Source: Flaccisagitta enflata (lineage: Eukaryota). From it: DNA of 64,000 nucleotides. Made by a program: the position numbers and the translations under genes. How positions within the stretch are numbered: position 1 is the first letter of the stretch; each line of letters starts with the position of its first letter. Where the stretch lies: positions 42,470,001 to 42,534,000 of the forward strand of contig OZ231126.1 in assembly GCA_965153355.1 (NCBI GenBank), written 5' to 3'. This document shows positions 46,786-62,378 of the stretch, in pieces. The notes below the pieces were generated by a model, which saw only the letters and a program-made list of their open reading frames with translations, was not told the DNA's origin and did no database searches.

Positions 46786-49771
46786 GAGGGGACCGATCAA
46801 CCAACCAACCAACCAACCAACCAATGGACTGACATAGGGAACTGACAAGCAACTCTCCAACAATTGAAAGGCAACATTTGAATAACTGTTTCTAGGACAT
46901 CTCTTGAACAACTCTGTAAAAAATGTGGGATAATTCTGCTAAAAGATTGAGAGACAACTCAGAGGTTAATTTGACATGGTTTTAAGACAACTATTTCAAC
47001 TTCAGGACAATTGAGACAAGCTTTGCACAAGTCTAGGACCAGTGATATATTCTAGGACAAATTAAGGACAATTCTAGGACAAGTCTAGGACAATTCTTGG
47101 ACAATTCTAGTAAGATTAATAAACATTTTTTTTAAAAACTTTGGGCCAAAAGGGAATTTTCATGATATTTTGGAATAAGATACTTACACTTTTAGGTTAA
47201 TTTGAGGACAAGTCTGGAACAACTGTAGGACAACTAGGACTAGTCTTTCAATGCTCTGGGACATGTTAAGAAGAGGTAAGGCATTGAGAAAGGAGCACCT
47301 GAAGGTCATTAAACAATCAGAATCAGTTGGATTTTACCAAAAAAGATACAATTTGTTCATTAACTTTAGGTGGCATTTACTGTACTTCTACAATACGGAT
47401 TTTTTTGCCCTTATTTTTCCGACCTCCTCCATAGTGTTGATGAACACCGTGTAAAGTCTCATGACATGGTATTTTCATGAGGCTTCTTCCGAAGTCTTTC
47501 GAAGTGTGATATGGCATATGTAACATCCAACATTCAGATTCCGAAACAACTTGATCAATGGGTCAAAGTAATATAAGAAAAAGTCTGGGGAGATAATACC
47601 TCCTGGCCTGGGGGTTAATACCGCAAGATAGCTGTCACTCATTGCAAATCCCCACTTGACAGTTGACACTGGTGACCCTGTTTAGATAAGGGGACATAAG
47701 AGGATGCACAATGGTATGTGCTGTTCCATGAGTTTTGTAAATAGACAGTGATGTAAGATTCTGTCAAAAGCTTTAGTATAGTAGCCTTTGTAGCATCCAA
47801 AAAAGGCGACATAGATTTGTGAGTTTTAATGAAGAAGTCAACGATGGCTTTAAACAGCATGCAGCATGTGTTACAAAAATGATGGAAATTTATTTTTTTT
47901 TCGTCGTTAAAAGTAAGCATCTGAGATAGATAAAATCACTTTGATATTAAAGTTGATATTAAAAAACCCGCCTCTGGCTAGTCAAAGTACTTGCCTGACG
48001 TGGCCAATGAAAACAGTTCAAAACCAGTGTAGCATTTCCTTCCACGAACACTACCGTGACATGTTTTTCTGTTTATCGTTTAGAAAAAAAATTCAAAAAG
48101 AAGAAAAAGCAATTCTATCCTATGACTTAGAGACTAGCCGCTTTTGCTAGCAACGAGTGGCATGTGATATTTACTATGAAATCCAGGCGTAGATATTTTG
48201 TACTGAGTCTGTAAGAACTTTGTAACTGTATTATTCTTTATACAACTTTGTACTGATAGCGATTATCATCAATTTGGTGTCGGTTTAGGAAATGAAAATT
48301 TGTACCGTGGCAAATTGAGTCAAGCAGAAAAAAAAGTTTGTCGATCGAGTGTGGATGAAAGTAAACGAAAATTTAGTTGTGGAGATAGAAATGATCGAAC
48401 TTAATGCTAAAATCACAGGCAATTGGTTTTAGGAGTATCTCGACCCAGTGCATAGCTAAAAGCCGTCAAAACTTAAGTAAACAATCCAGCCATTTATCTT
48501 TTAAAACTTCCGCGATTGAAACTCTCAATGTTACGCCACAGATGACAAAAACATTATTAGGGCGCATAAACTCATTTTTTTACCGATGAATAATGATAAT
48601 TACCACTTCCATAACAATTGCTTTAGGCTTATCTTATCCCAGCAGCAACTGATACCGTACAACACAGCCAGTGTTTGTTGCACACGAATTTTTATCTTTT
48701 TTCATTTTGTGAATTTTGACCTAATGACACGATTTTAAGAGGACTCATTTTAACGTTCGATTTTAACACGTTGACCATTCACACTGAATCAAAAACTCGA
48801 TCCCTGACGGAAGTCCTCGCCAAAACCTTAGAGAAGGCAAGACAGATAACCTCTAATCATTCAAACAACTTTTAATAGATTTTTTCATTCCTAAATCCTA
48901 TTTCCAATTCGAATCAAAGGAAAATGAAAAATTGTATATCTTTAACTTTGCTTGTAGAAAACTGTTGTTTCCACTTTCAGCTAGGCCATATACTCCCCCC
49001 TGTTTCGGACGGGTGGGCAGGAGCACATTTTGTTTTAGTTAAGAGCCTATGGAAGGTCCGGCGCGACGGATGGACCGATGGACCGACACTGTAAGTTCTA
49101 GAGTCGCTTTCCGCTACTAGAACTATCATTCCATACGACGGATAAGTACAGTGAAGATATGAAAACTGGGCGACCGTGATCAGTGCGAGCGGCGCACATC
49201 TGTTATCTAAGTTTGAATTCAGGCACTGTTCCTCTTTTGGATGATAATCGAGTTAAACGAGGGCAGAAATGAAGCTAAACAGAGGGCTTCGTACATACTA
49301 GGCACTCTTGTTTCTGCATCTCAGTTTAAAGTGTTAGATAGAGAGATAGTATCGCTGTACCTCATTTAGACAGAAATGACACAATGTACTTGCAATTATA
49401 ATCCAATGGGGTGAATTCAACGGTCGCGTGCGGGTTGGCACTCGGCAGGAGCGGAAAAAACTAAAATGAACTTCGTGATGACTCGACCTGCGGAACGATG
49501 GACTGACCAACAAGCCCGATCAGGCAACCATGCGTCTCTGGCAGAGACTCTCTGCCTGTACATGGACTTTGGCGCTTCGGACAGACAGAAGAAGACATGA
49601 TATCAAAAGATGCTCTCACAATATCCTAAAGACTTAATGGTGACATCCTCGTGGCTGAAAAGTGCCGGAAACTGCGATTTTCAAGGAAGCGTAACTGACA
49701 GACGGACGAACGGATGGACGGAACAACGGACAAACCCTCTTGTAGAGATGCGAGGACGCACCTAAAGTCGA

Positions 49772-49890
<119 letters not shown>

Positions 49891-50183
49891 ATGATGGTTA
49901 CATTTTTTTCCACCATAGAGTGGCGTTGTCAAAATGGGCGCTGGCTTCCGTCGGCTTAAAAAAAAAAAAAAAACAGTTGCTCTTTAAGCGGAAATCTCGA
50001 TGGGAATCAAGCTTCAAAAGCCATTCATTGTGCCACCACACAATCACGCTTCCGGCCGGTGGCCCTTTGGGTCTCGTCTTCTAATAACTTTTTGACACAT
50101 GATGTGATGATATTGGCAGCGAGCGAGTGTGTAGTGAAGGGTATTTCGGGTTGCGCGATGGAAAATGGGAGCAGCTGTGCGCG

Positions 50184-50253
<70 letters not shown>

Positions 50254-50258
50254 CGTCG

Positions 50259-50367
<109 letters not shown>

Positions 50368-50809
50368 CGTTGTTGTTGTTTTTGTTTGCGGGGGAGGGGT
50401 TCGCGCATGTTGCTGTTGTGGTTTTTTTTTGTTGCGGCTCTTCTTCCGACTTGAATGATGTCACTGACGTATTTTTTTTCTTCATCATTATTTGTTGTTT
50501 ATGTTGTTATGATTGTTGCAACAAGCGGATATGAACAAACCTTAACAACGAGGTACGTAAAGTGGTGGAAACGACAGTGAGTGTAGTAATTTAATATTCA
50601 ATCATATTTGATATGATATTGATTAAGAATTGGTTTTGAACGAAAATATTCGAGAAGTTCGGATGTTTGTTTCTGGGAACTTAAAATCGTCATACCAAAA
50701 TCAATGGTAAAAGTCCCTTACGAGGCCCAAAGATTAGCCCTCGCCCCTCGACTTTGATTCTGCTTCACTAAGTGGCTTTATTACCCAAAATAGGTCGCTC
50801 AAGCGTCAT

Positions 50810-52510
50810 ATGGTCAGCGGTACCCGATGCCCCATTTATTTTATTCATCATCTCAGGTTATCTAGGTAAATGGGCCGCGGCTCCGGAGGGGCCTATGACC
50901 TATGATTCAATGTTTTAGGGGACTGATTTGAGAACTGAGGAGGCTGGCTTGAGGCATGTGAGGGTTGGTTTGAGGCATGTGAGGGCTGGCTTGAGGCATG
51001 TGAGGGCTGGCTTGAGGTCTGAGAGAGGGGCTAGGAGAGTCAATTTGAGGCCTGAAAGAGTTCACATGAGGCTTGGGATGGCTAAGGAGGCTCAATTTAG
51101 GGCCTAATTTGAGGCTGGAGAGGGTCAATTTGAAGCCTGACATGCCTTAGTTGAGGCCTAAGAGGGTCAATTTTGAGGCTTTGGAGGGTCAATTTGAGGC
51201 CTGAAAGAGCGTATTTGAGACTTGGGATGGCTAATTTGAGGCCTGGAAGGGTCAATTTAAGGTTTGTAGAAGCTAATTTGAGGCCTGAGAGGGCGTGTTT
51301 TAGGCCAAGGATGGCTGAGATGAGGCCTGAGAGCGTCAATTTTGAGGCTTGGGAGGGTCAATTTGAGGCCTGAAAGAGCTTATTGGAGATTGGGGATGGC
51401 AAATTTGAAGCCCAGGAGGGTCAATTTGAGGCCTGAGAGGGTTTATTTCAGGCTTGTGATTGCTGATTTCAGGCCTAGGAGCGTCAATTTTAGGCCTGAG
51501 AGGGCCTGAAAGGGCCAATCTCAGGCCTGAGAAGGCTGATTCGAGGCTTGATTTGAGGCCGGGGAGGGGGGGGGGGGGCGGGGAATGGATGACGGAACTG
51601 GGGATGGCTAGTTTGAGGTCCGGGAGGGTTAATAACAGGTCGCCCAAGGGCAATATGTGGTCAGCGATACCCGTTGCCCTGCTTTGCATGATTTTGAATT
51701 GGAGTAAGAGGAAGCAGGGCAGCGGCCCCAAAGAGGACGTAGTCCTGTAGAACACAGGGGGACTTTTGTTCGTCCGTCCGTCCATCCTTCCCCCCTACGC
51801 TCTCTCAGGCCTGAAATCTGCCTTCTCAGGCCTGAAATCTGCCCTCTCAGGCCTGAAATCTTCCCTCTCAAATTTGAAATCTACCCTCTCTGGCTTTGAA
51901 TCTGAGAGGGCAGATTTCAGGCCTGAGAGGGCAGATTTCAGGCCTGAAAGGACAGATTTCAGGCCTGAGAGGGCAGATATCAGGCCTGAGAGGGCAGATC
52001 TTAGACCAGAGAGGGCAGATTTCAGGCCTGAGAGGGCAGATTTCAGGCCTGAGAGGGCAGATTTCAGGCCTGAGAGGGCAGATTTAAGGGCTGAGAGGGC
52101 AGATTTCAGGCTTGAGAGGGCAGATTTCAGGCCTGAGAGGGCAGATTTAGGGCTTGAGAGGGCAGATTCAAGGCCTGAGAGGGTGGATTTTAGGCCTGAG
52201 AGGGCCTGGGGGGAACGAACGGAAGGACGGAAGGACGAACGAAAGTCCCCCTGTGTTCTACAGGACTTCATCCCCTTCGGGGCCGCTGCCCAAAAGGCCT
52301 GAGAGGACTTATCATAGGCCTGTGATGGCTGATTTCCGGCCTGGAAGGGTCAATTTCAGGCCTGAGAGGGCCTGAAATGGCTAATCTCAGGCCTGAGAAG
52401 GCTGATTTGAGGTTTGATTTTAAGCCGGGGGGGGGGGGGAATAATGACGGAAAAATTTTCCCTGTATGGTATCACAGGTCATCGGCCCCTCCAGGGCCGC
52501 TGCCCAAAAG
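50810..52510. mobile_element. Nested family B elements (51633-52294 inside an older copy)
   Basis: Family B end motifs and 21-bp AGGCCTGAGAGGGCAGATTTC arrays that flip orientation at ~51890. Confidence 0.75.
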
Positions 52511-53364
52511 GCCAAAACTTGTCCCCATCGAATTGAAGATGAAAATTTGGGTAATACCCCAGACACAAATCGAGTTTAAGCTCCTTGGTATGAGACAAAT
52601 ATGCACTTTTTTGCAATAAACATTCAGTCAAGACACCAATGCAATGATGCTTTTTTAACTCGTAAATGGTTGTTACAACCTGCAATCCTGCATGGGTGGA
52701 GGCTACTCTAATGGACATCTAACACCCCTTCCATAATTAGGCGAACTGGGATGAAAAAACGCACTATTTAAGGGTTGATGATAAGAGTATTATCAATTTA
52801 GACGATGTAAAACATCAACATCGGTTGATTCCATCAACATAATGCAAGAAGTGACTCAGAAATGTAAACGGCCCTCTCCTTAAGAGCTCAATTATGCAAA
52901 TTAGCGAAAGGTCGCGTAAGGGCCTTCTCTCGCTGTGATCTCAACATGTCACCTTCTATTCCTAAGCTTTTTTCCAGTTAACGCGGCCTTGCCTGCCCCT
53001 TCTTCTGCGCCACTGACTCTCCTGCATCAACTAAACGCATTACGCGATATATGGCGGTTTTTTTTGCATCTCATCTCCTTAAAATGCTGGATGGTATACA
53101 TCTTCCCAATTTAAACATTTTTCCCGTAGAAATTGGCAATAAATTGACGCCGCACTTCCGGTAATGGACCCTCCATCTTGCTCTACATGCGGCAAAGTCC
53201 CCTACATATCTTTACTGTGTCAAAGTACTACGTCTTAGCTATCTATATGTCAAATTTCAACACTCTGAGTGCATTTTTACTATCCATTTGGATCATTTTT
53301 TCCAGTTCGCTTAATCATGGAAGGGGTGTTATTCCTAGTTCTGTCTGTCTATCTCTGTGCGTTC

Positions 53365-53795
<431 letters not shown>

Positions 53796-54406
53796 TATCT
53801 TTGATGTAATGATTATTTTCACTCAACTCATTTTTACTCACAGCATCGCCAACCAATAACCAACTTCCTCCCACAGTTTAGGGAGTTGAATTGTGGAAGT
53901 TTGTGAATGACGGAAATAAAGCTTTAGGGAGCGTTTGGGTTTCAGGGAGCGTTTGGGTATCAGGGAGCGTTTGGGTATCAGGAAGCATGTGGGATGGGAT
54001 GTTGCTTGGAATTTAGGGAGTGTCTGGTATTGAATCGAGGAAATATTTCGGGATTTAGGTAATGTTTGGAGATTGAACAAGAGAGTTTTCGATTATCTTT
54101 AAGATTTAGGAAGCAATTGATAAGCGCAACAGACCAAATGGATTGGCAGTATCTTCGGTATTACTACGACGATTCGTTATGTAGTCTAGTGACATTGACA
54201 AGGGACTGAACAAAATTTTGCCTTATGACGTCGCTTCATTGCCAATGATAAAATGTAACTACATAATCTTTGAGGGGCATCAAATTTTTTGTATTTTAGG
54301 CGGGCTTGCCTAAAAGGGAAAGCGCTATATCGAAGCCCCGTTTTCTTTTGTATTTATATCAATGTTGTTATCTTTGTTGTTGTCATCGTTTTTGTTGTTG
54401 TTGTTT

Positions 54407-54503
<97 letters not shown>

Positions 54504-54548
54504 GGTTGTGGTTGTGTTTGTGGTTGTGGTTGTGGTTGTGGTTGTGAA

Positions 54549-54625
<77 letters not shown>

Positions 54626-54761
54626 TTGGCAACGACCATTAACGAACGCGGGAAGAACGGAGAAATATTGAGTTCTCATTATCGCTTAGTTTTTCCTCGC
54701 CTCCGCTCTAAGCTCCCCTCATCCATTCGTAGCTAACATAAACCATGCAATAAGCAAAGAG

Positions 54762-54871
<110 letters not shown>

Positions 54872-55294
54872 GGCAACAGATGGCAACAGATGGCAACAGA
54901 ACCGAGAAAGAAGCAAATAAAATAGATAGGGAGAGAGACAGAAGCGGTGCAAAGTCGGAGAGACTTAAGATGGTTCCTAACAGGCAGGACGAAACAAACA
55001 GATTCAGATATCTAGATTTTGAAAATATACACAGAAACCCGTATGGATAACGACCTGCGGGGGAGGGGGGCGGTGTCGATATCAGTTGTCTCAGATATAC
55101 AAATGATGAATTATGGGAAAAAGGAAAACAAAATTGGAAATTCGGGTCTTGCTGAATAAAAAAGAGAAAAAAAAAGGAAGAGAAGAAAGAGCGATGAAAT
55201 AGTGGATGAAAAATGGTTATTGGCGAAACGAAAGAAAAAGAAAGGGGGGAGAAAAAAGAAATGCAGGAATATGCGACGATAACAGAGCCAAGAA

Positions 55295-55443
<149 letters not shown>

Positions 55444-55602
55444 GAGACAGAGAGAGACAGAGAGAGAACGAAAATTCGAAAATTTATCAGGTATGGAATA
55501 AAATGAAATAAGAAACGTCTAATGTGTCGACGAAGAATTCGCGTTTGAAATAATAACTTGGGGGCACGGTTTTTGAAAAAGGCTAGTTTCGGGGAAAAAT
55601 CA

Positions 55603-55656
<54 letters not shown>

Positions 55657-55757
55657 GAGAAAAAAAAAGAAGCAAAAACAGCTTCTGTAAGCAGAATTTG
55701 TAGAAAATTGAGTTACTACTATACAATATTCTGTTCTCTTGTTTCGTCTCGAAAAAG

Positions 55758-55950
55758 AACAAGGCCGGATACACGGCTACCCCAGTCGCGTCCGGGTGGG
55801 CAGGGCCGTAGTTGAGGTCACTTGATCATTTGGGCAGGAGTGGTGAGGCCAAAACCCCCAAAAACCTCAAAAAAGTAAAGTTTGACCGACGGACGGACGG
55901 ACGGACGGACCGACAAAGTGGGGTGTAGAGTCGCGTAGCACGCGACTAAA
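55758..55950 (-). mobile_element. HINE/DINE-like element, family A
   Basis: AACAAGGCCGGATACACGGC...GGGTGGGCAGGGC...(GACG)n...AGAGTCGCGTAGCACGCGACTAAAA. Confidence 0.75.
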
Positions 55951-56620
55951 AAAAAACAGCATCGAAAAACTGCCGGTGGGAAATATCATTTTCTTTCTCT
56001 GATGAACCGGAACGCGTAAAAAGGGACTCAATGTCCGACTGGAATGAGACCAAAAAGAAAACAAAAAAGAAAAAGAAAAAGAAACAGAAAAAGAAAAAGA
56101 AAAAGAAAAAGAAAAAGAGAAAGAAGAAGAAAGAAGGAAACAGAAAATGAAAAAAAAAAGGAAAGAAAATGGAAAAAAGAAGAAGAAAATGAAAATGAAA
56201 AAAAAAGAGAAAAAGAAAAAGAAAAAAAGATATAAGGAAGAGAAGATAAAAAAAAGAAGAAAAGAAGAACAAAGACGAAAAGGGACAACGAAAAGGAGAA
56301 GTGTTGAGGAAATGAAGTGGTAAACTGTCTCCGAGGGCCGGTCGATGGTTTGGAAAGGAAATGAAACTTTGACCCGCGGTCCTGTTTGAGATTATCGCGA
56401 TGATGGTCCTTCCTGTTTTTCGTGCCGAGGGGACGAATCTCCTTTTTCATTTTGGCCGGTGCGGTTTCAGAAGGAGAAATGTCTCAGGATACAAAAGAGA
56501 GTTGTTAACAAACGTACCATGACCACTTCACGAGTATGCCACTCCACCAACCCTTCCTCTTACCAACTCCCCTCCCCTCACCCCATTTCCCCCTCATTAC
56601 TCATAAGCCATCCTCCTGAG

Positions 56621-57083
56621 TTTTTTTTTAGTCGCGTGCACGCAACTCTATGACCCACTCTGTCCGTCGGTCCATCTATCCGTAACGCTTAGCTTTTTTT
56701 CGTCATTTTACGTCATTTTAAGTTATTTAAAGTCGTTTTAAGTCATTTTACATTTAGTCTTTTAGTCTTTTGGTCTTTTAGTCTTTTATTTTTATGGTCT
56801 TACCAACCGCACGCGACTGTAAGGTGTTGGCCTTGTTCTACATAACATCAGTTACTCCTGTATGAATCTAGCGCCTCAATCGATGGATTTTTAGTTGCGT
56901 GCTACGCGACTCTACACCCCGCTTTGTTGGTCCGTCCGTCGGTCCGTTGGTCTTTCACACTTTACTTTTTTGGCGTTTATGGGGGTTTTGGCCTTATTGC
57001 TCCTGCCTAAATATTCTACTGACCTCAATTATGGCCCCTGCCCACCCGCATGCGACTGGGGTAGCCGTGCATCCGGCCTTGTT
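56621..57083 (+). mobile_element. Two adjacent family A elements (56621-56837 and 56888-57083)
   Basis: Each starts TTTTAGT(C/T)GCGTG..CGC(A/G)ACTCTA and ends ...CGCGACT/TGCGACT...GGCCTTGTT. Confidence 0.75.
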
Positions 57084-57354
57084 CAGTATAGCGTTGGATC
57101 ATGCCTTTCTGATTTTCATTCGGGAATGGCAGCCTGTATTCGTTTCTGTCTTACTTCTTTTCTACATTTATGATTCGTTGTAACTATCATTCGCTAAATT
57201 TCCTGTCATTGATCGTGTGATGCTTTTGTATGTTCCTGTCGCTACTATTGCTAACGAATATAACACCATTTGTTACCGTTGAGCACCATTTAGTTCTTGA
57301 TATCTTAATCACTTTCCCGTTCCACATGAAGTATGTATTACTACTTTATTCATA

Positions 57355-57710
57355 TAATCATTCATTCATTCATTTATTCATTCATTCATTCACTCATTCA
57401 TTCATTCATTCATTCATTCATATATTCATTCATTCATTCATTCATTCATTCATTCATTCATTCATTCATTCATTCATGCATTCATTCATTCATTCATTCA
57501 TTCGTTCATTCGTTCATTCATTCATTCATTCATTCATTCATTCATTCATTCATTCATTCATTCATTCATTCATTCATTCATTCATTCATTCATTCATTCC
57601 TTCATTCATTCCTTCATTCCTTCATTCATTCATTCATTCCTTCATTCATTCATTCATTCATTCATTCATTCATTCATTCATTCATTCATTCATTTATTTA
57701 TTCATTCATT
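57355..57710. repeat. (TTCA)n microsatellite
   Basis: Directly visible. A reverse tract (TGAA)n lies at 39340-39590. Confidence 0.95.
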
Positions 57711-57968
57711 TTTTCTAAGTGTTCATTTACAATGTTCCATCATAAAAAGCGTTTGTTTATAGAAATGTTAATTCGTACATTCATTATCAGCGGGGGACAC
57801 GTATATTGGCCCTTCTTTGGCCTTGTTCCTTTATGCAAGGGACACATATTGGCCCTTCTTTGGCCTTGTTTTCTTTGTGTTCTTGTGGTGCGTTGGTGAT
57901 TCGGGGCCATTTGACGACTCTCGCACGTGCGTCATTGACGAAATGTTCAACCATTTTTTTTCTATTCC

Positions 57969-58482
57969 CTTTTTGGGCAGCGGCCGCGAAGGGGACAAAG
58001 TCCTGTAGAACACAGGGGGACTTTTGTTTGTCCGTTCGTCCTTTAGTCCCCCCCAGGCCCTCTCAGGCCTGAAATCTGCCCTCTCAGGCCTGAAATCTGC
58101 CCTCTCAGGCTTGGAATCTGCCCTCTCAGGCTTGAAATCTGCCCTCTCAGGCCTTGAATCTGCCCTCTCAGGCCTGAAATCCGCTTTCTCAGGCCTGAAA
58201 CCTGCCCTTTCAGGCCTTAAATGTGCCCTTGCAAATTCATGGCCTGAGAAGGCAGATTTCAAGCCTAAGAGGGCAGATTTCAGGCCTGAGAGGGCAGATT
58301 TCAGGCCTGAGAGGGCCTGGGGGGGGACTGACGGATGGACGGACAAACAAAAGTCCCCCTATGTTCTACAGGACTTTGTCCCCTTCGGGGCCGCTGCCCT
58401 GCTTCCTCTCATTCCGATTTACAACTATGCAAAGCAGGGCAACGGGTATCGCTGACCACATATTGCCCTTGGGCGACCTGGT
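57969..58482 (+). mobile_element. Complete family B element
   Basis: TTTTTGGGCAGCGGCC...21-bp array...GGCCGCTGCCC...GGGCAACGGGTATCGCTGACCACATATTGCCCTTGGGCGACC. Confidence 0.8.
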
Positions 58483-59009
58483 CTTTTTTTTTTTTTTTTT
58501 TTGCTTCACCTGTCTACGCCGGTCATAAAAAATTCTATTTAGTCCCGTGTCACATGACTCTATGAGCTATCTTTTATACGTTGGCCCGCCTGCCTGTTGG
58601 CCCGCCCATCATATCAGTCACATTTGAAAATCTAGAGCATTTTTCACGTCAACACTCCTGGGAAAGTGCCTGATGGGCCTTCCACATAACTGCCCCAGCC
58701 CAGCCTCACGCGGCCATGGTTGCCATATTTTTTTTCTCGGTAATCTTAGTACATCTTAATTGGCAATGGCCAACTGACAACCTCTCCTGCGCTAAAAGTT
58801 TTACTTTAATTCATTTGTTTACTCGTGGATATATCAAAGTTTTGTCTTAGGGTGATCACACGTACCTTGAAACACATTTTACCTTATCAACCTCTCTGCG
58901 TCTTTTGCCAACGTCCCGCCCCCCCCCCAAAAAAAACAAAACAAAAAAAGGCCAACGCCTAAAAGTATTTTCTTAAATAGATATGAAGGACAATATTAAC
59001 TAAACTGAC

Positions 59010-59505
59010 AGTAATGACTTAAAATGACTTATAATGATTAAGAACGACTTAAAATGATTTCAAATGACATAGAATGACGCAGAATGAATAGAAATGACTT
59101 AGGAGACTTAAATTGTCTTAGAATGACTTAAATTGACTTAGAATGACAATATTGACTTAAAATTACTTAAAATGATTTAGAACGACTTGGAATGACTCAA
59201 AATGACTTAGATTGACTTAAAATGACTAAGAATGACTTGAAATGACTGAGAATGACTTAAAAAGACTTAGAATGACTTAAAATGACTTAGAATAACTTCA
59301 AATGATGTAAAGGACTAAAATTACGATAATGACTTAGAATGACATAAAATGACTTAAACTGACTTAAAATGACTTAGAATGACTAAAAATGACTTAGAGA
59401 AATAAAAGTGATAAAAAAAGTAAAGTGTGACCAACCGACCAACCGACCGACCGACCGACTTGCGGACAAAGCGGGTTGTAAAGTCGCGTGAACGCGACTA
59501 AAAAA
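59010..59505 (-). mobile_element. Family A element with an expanded 10-bp AATGACTTA(G/A) array
   Basis: Array 59010-59400 followed by (GACC)n and AGTCGCGTGAACGCGACTAAAA. A related copy lies at 63670-63880. Confidence 0.7.
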
Positions 59506-59679
59506 GAAATCCTGGGTTTCAGTCGCGACACGTTGTTGGATCGTTGGATCGTTATGACAGCGTAGGTCACGCAGCCTCCTGACACTTTCTACGACCTTCA
59601 AAACAAAAGACTAAAGTAGACCCCCTCCCCCTCGCAACCCGCTTAACGCGTAGATTAGAGATAAAAGGAAGAAACAAAG

Positions 59680-60170
<491 letters not shown>

Positions 60171-60629
60171 AGAAAAACAACAAAAACAAGTTATACAATT
60201 TCAAAAAAAACCCTTCGTGGTAAGGACACAAAACCAAGATTTAGTGGATATGTTTGGCTAAACATTATAGGAAAGATGGGATGGGTGACCCGTCATACTC
60301 ACGAGGGATCAATGACCATTGACAGTTTCAAAAACTTTCATCCTTCACTTAGATCAAGTAGTGAATCACTGATGTTGTCTGTTTAAGTTGCGTGGCGGAT
60401 GAGCACTGAAGTGGAAAGAAGTTGGGGTGGTGGGGGTGGGGGAGGAGGGTTGGGAAAAGAAGTAAAAAAGAAAAATCGGAAAGTGACAAACCATTTTGTT
60501 TGAAAAAAAAAAAATGGAACAAAAGAAAAGTTTTCGAACGTTGACGGTTGACGGATGATTGGACGCGACGCAGCGTCATAAAACTTGGCAAGGCTCTAGT
60601 TTGGGGTTGACAGATGAGGGCTGATTCTC

Positions 60630-61050
60630 AAGTGCTGAGTGCTGAGTGCTTAGTGCTGTTTGTTGAGTGCTGAGTGCTGATTGCTGAGTGCTGAGTACTG
60701 AGTGCTGAGTGCTGAGTGCTGAGTGCTGAGTGCAGAGTGCTTAGTACTGTGTGCTAAGTGCTGAGTGCTGAGTGCTTAGTACTGTATGTTGAGTCCTAAG
60801 TGCTGAGTGCTGAGTGCTTAGTACTGTATGTTGAGTGCTGAGTGCTGAATGCTGAGTGCTTAGTACTGTATGTTGAGTGCTGAGTGCTGAATGCTGAGTG
60901 CTGAGTGCTGAGTGCTGAGTGCTTAGTACTGTATGTTGAGTGCTGAGTGCTGCATGCTGAGTGCTTAGTGCTGTATGTTGAGTGCTGAGTGCTGAGTGCT
61001 TAGTGCTGTTTGTTGAGTGCTGAGTGCTGAGTGCAGAGTGTTGAATGTTG
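60630..61050. repeat. 7-bp tandem repeat (TGAGTGC)n with higher-order variants
   Basis: Directly visible. Confidence 0.9.
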
Positions 61051-61480
61051 AGTATTAGCGCGGCGACCCAAAGGGCTTGATGGGTGAATTGTTTAGAATT
61101 AAATAGCCATAGCCGTAGCCATAGCCATAGCCTGTGAACAGTGAATTTATGAATGAAACCACTCAAGCAATAAAGAAGAGAAGAAAGAAAAAGACGAAGG
61201 AAAAAAAAAATTTAAACAAAAATGAAGGGGCAAAAAGGAAAGAAAGAAAGAAGGAAAGAAGGAAAGGAGATGAAAGGGAAAAGCGAGGAAAATTGAGAGC
61301 TCGTAGATCGAATGAGAAATAGAGAGTAAATCCTCCTTTTTACCCGTTTTCTGAGGCCGCGATTATATCGAGATCTAGAAGACGGAAAAATCAGAAGGGG
61401 ATTAATCGCGGCCGATGCTTAGTTAACTTCGCGCCATCGCCTTTTCTATGTCTCTGCTTACCTGTCGGTCTGTCAGTCTT

Positions 61481-61563
<83 letters not shown>

Positions 61564-61938
61564 GTCTGTCTCTCTGTCTGTTTTTATGTTTGCCTGTTTG
61601 TCTGTCTGTCTAACGGTCTATCTGCCTATCGTTCTTTTAGTGCAAGATTTTGTTTGAGAAATTGGAAGAGAAAATTAACACACATAATACCAGCATACTC
61701 AGATACCTTCACCACTCTGAGTTTAAAACGGCAAGTCAAAGTTGGCAAATTTTGTTGTTTTTTCTATTAAAACAAACGGTTTGCTTCGATACTTACAAAT
61801 TAAATCAGTATTTCAATGTAAAAAAGAAGATTGTTAAATATGGATGGATAATGGCCATTTACATTTGGATTCCGCAGGCGCTCACTCTTAGTGCACTCTT
61901 AGACTTGGTGCATGACTGTTTCAGATCAACACAAACTT

Positions 61939-61996
<58 letters not shown>

Positions 61997-62378
61997 CCTT
62001 CCGAGAGCTTGCGTGGAATATTGATGCGGTAAACATAATTTGCAACCGATAGGCAGCTCAAGATATTGCTATATGCTGTATATGCTATACGCTGTATGCC
62101 GTCTCTACTGAATGACACTATGATAAAATGATATTTTCTTGAAACAATCATGTAAACGCAAACTATCAAACAGATTTTCAGATATTCTAGATGAGGGAAG
62201 AATGTATTTCTGATGGATTTCAAGATTCTGCTTGAGGACTGATTGAAACTTTTCCTGTCTTATCTTGTCATTGTGATACAGTCCATCTTTGAATTTCGAT
62301 TAAGATTCTCCCCCCCCCCCCTTGCATTTTTCCCAAAAATCACATGAAAAAATAAGTCATCCGAGGATCGCACATGGT

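Larger units (their letters stand above)
43365..47508. mobile_element. Chapaev/CMC-like non-autonomous element with long TIRs
   Basis: Termini CACACTTCGAAAGACTTCGGAAGAAGCCTCATG / inverse. Arms several hundred bp long with TTGTCC subterminal repeats. 4-bp TSD ATAT, whose removal restores the host RT frame. Confidence 0.88.
43050..47950 (-). pseudogene. Decayed L2/CR1-group reverse transcriptase, split by a 4.1-kb insertion
   Basis: FLDATKA, VKWG, RPGGIISPDFFLYYFDPLI...GCYI (47950-47510) continues as CLAILVFAKDICLIAPT and IKYLG (43364-43050). Confidence 0.75.

Noticed and set aside
51766-52302. Long ORFs on both strands with RPERADF / LSGLKSA heptad repeats (also at 549-1320 and 57831-58455)
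   Set aside because: They arise from a stop-free 21-bp minisatellite inside family B elements.
55994-56025. CTGATGA...GAACGCGTA hammerhead-like string
   Set aside because: No stem II and an incomplete GAAA box.
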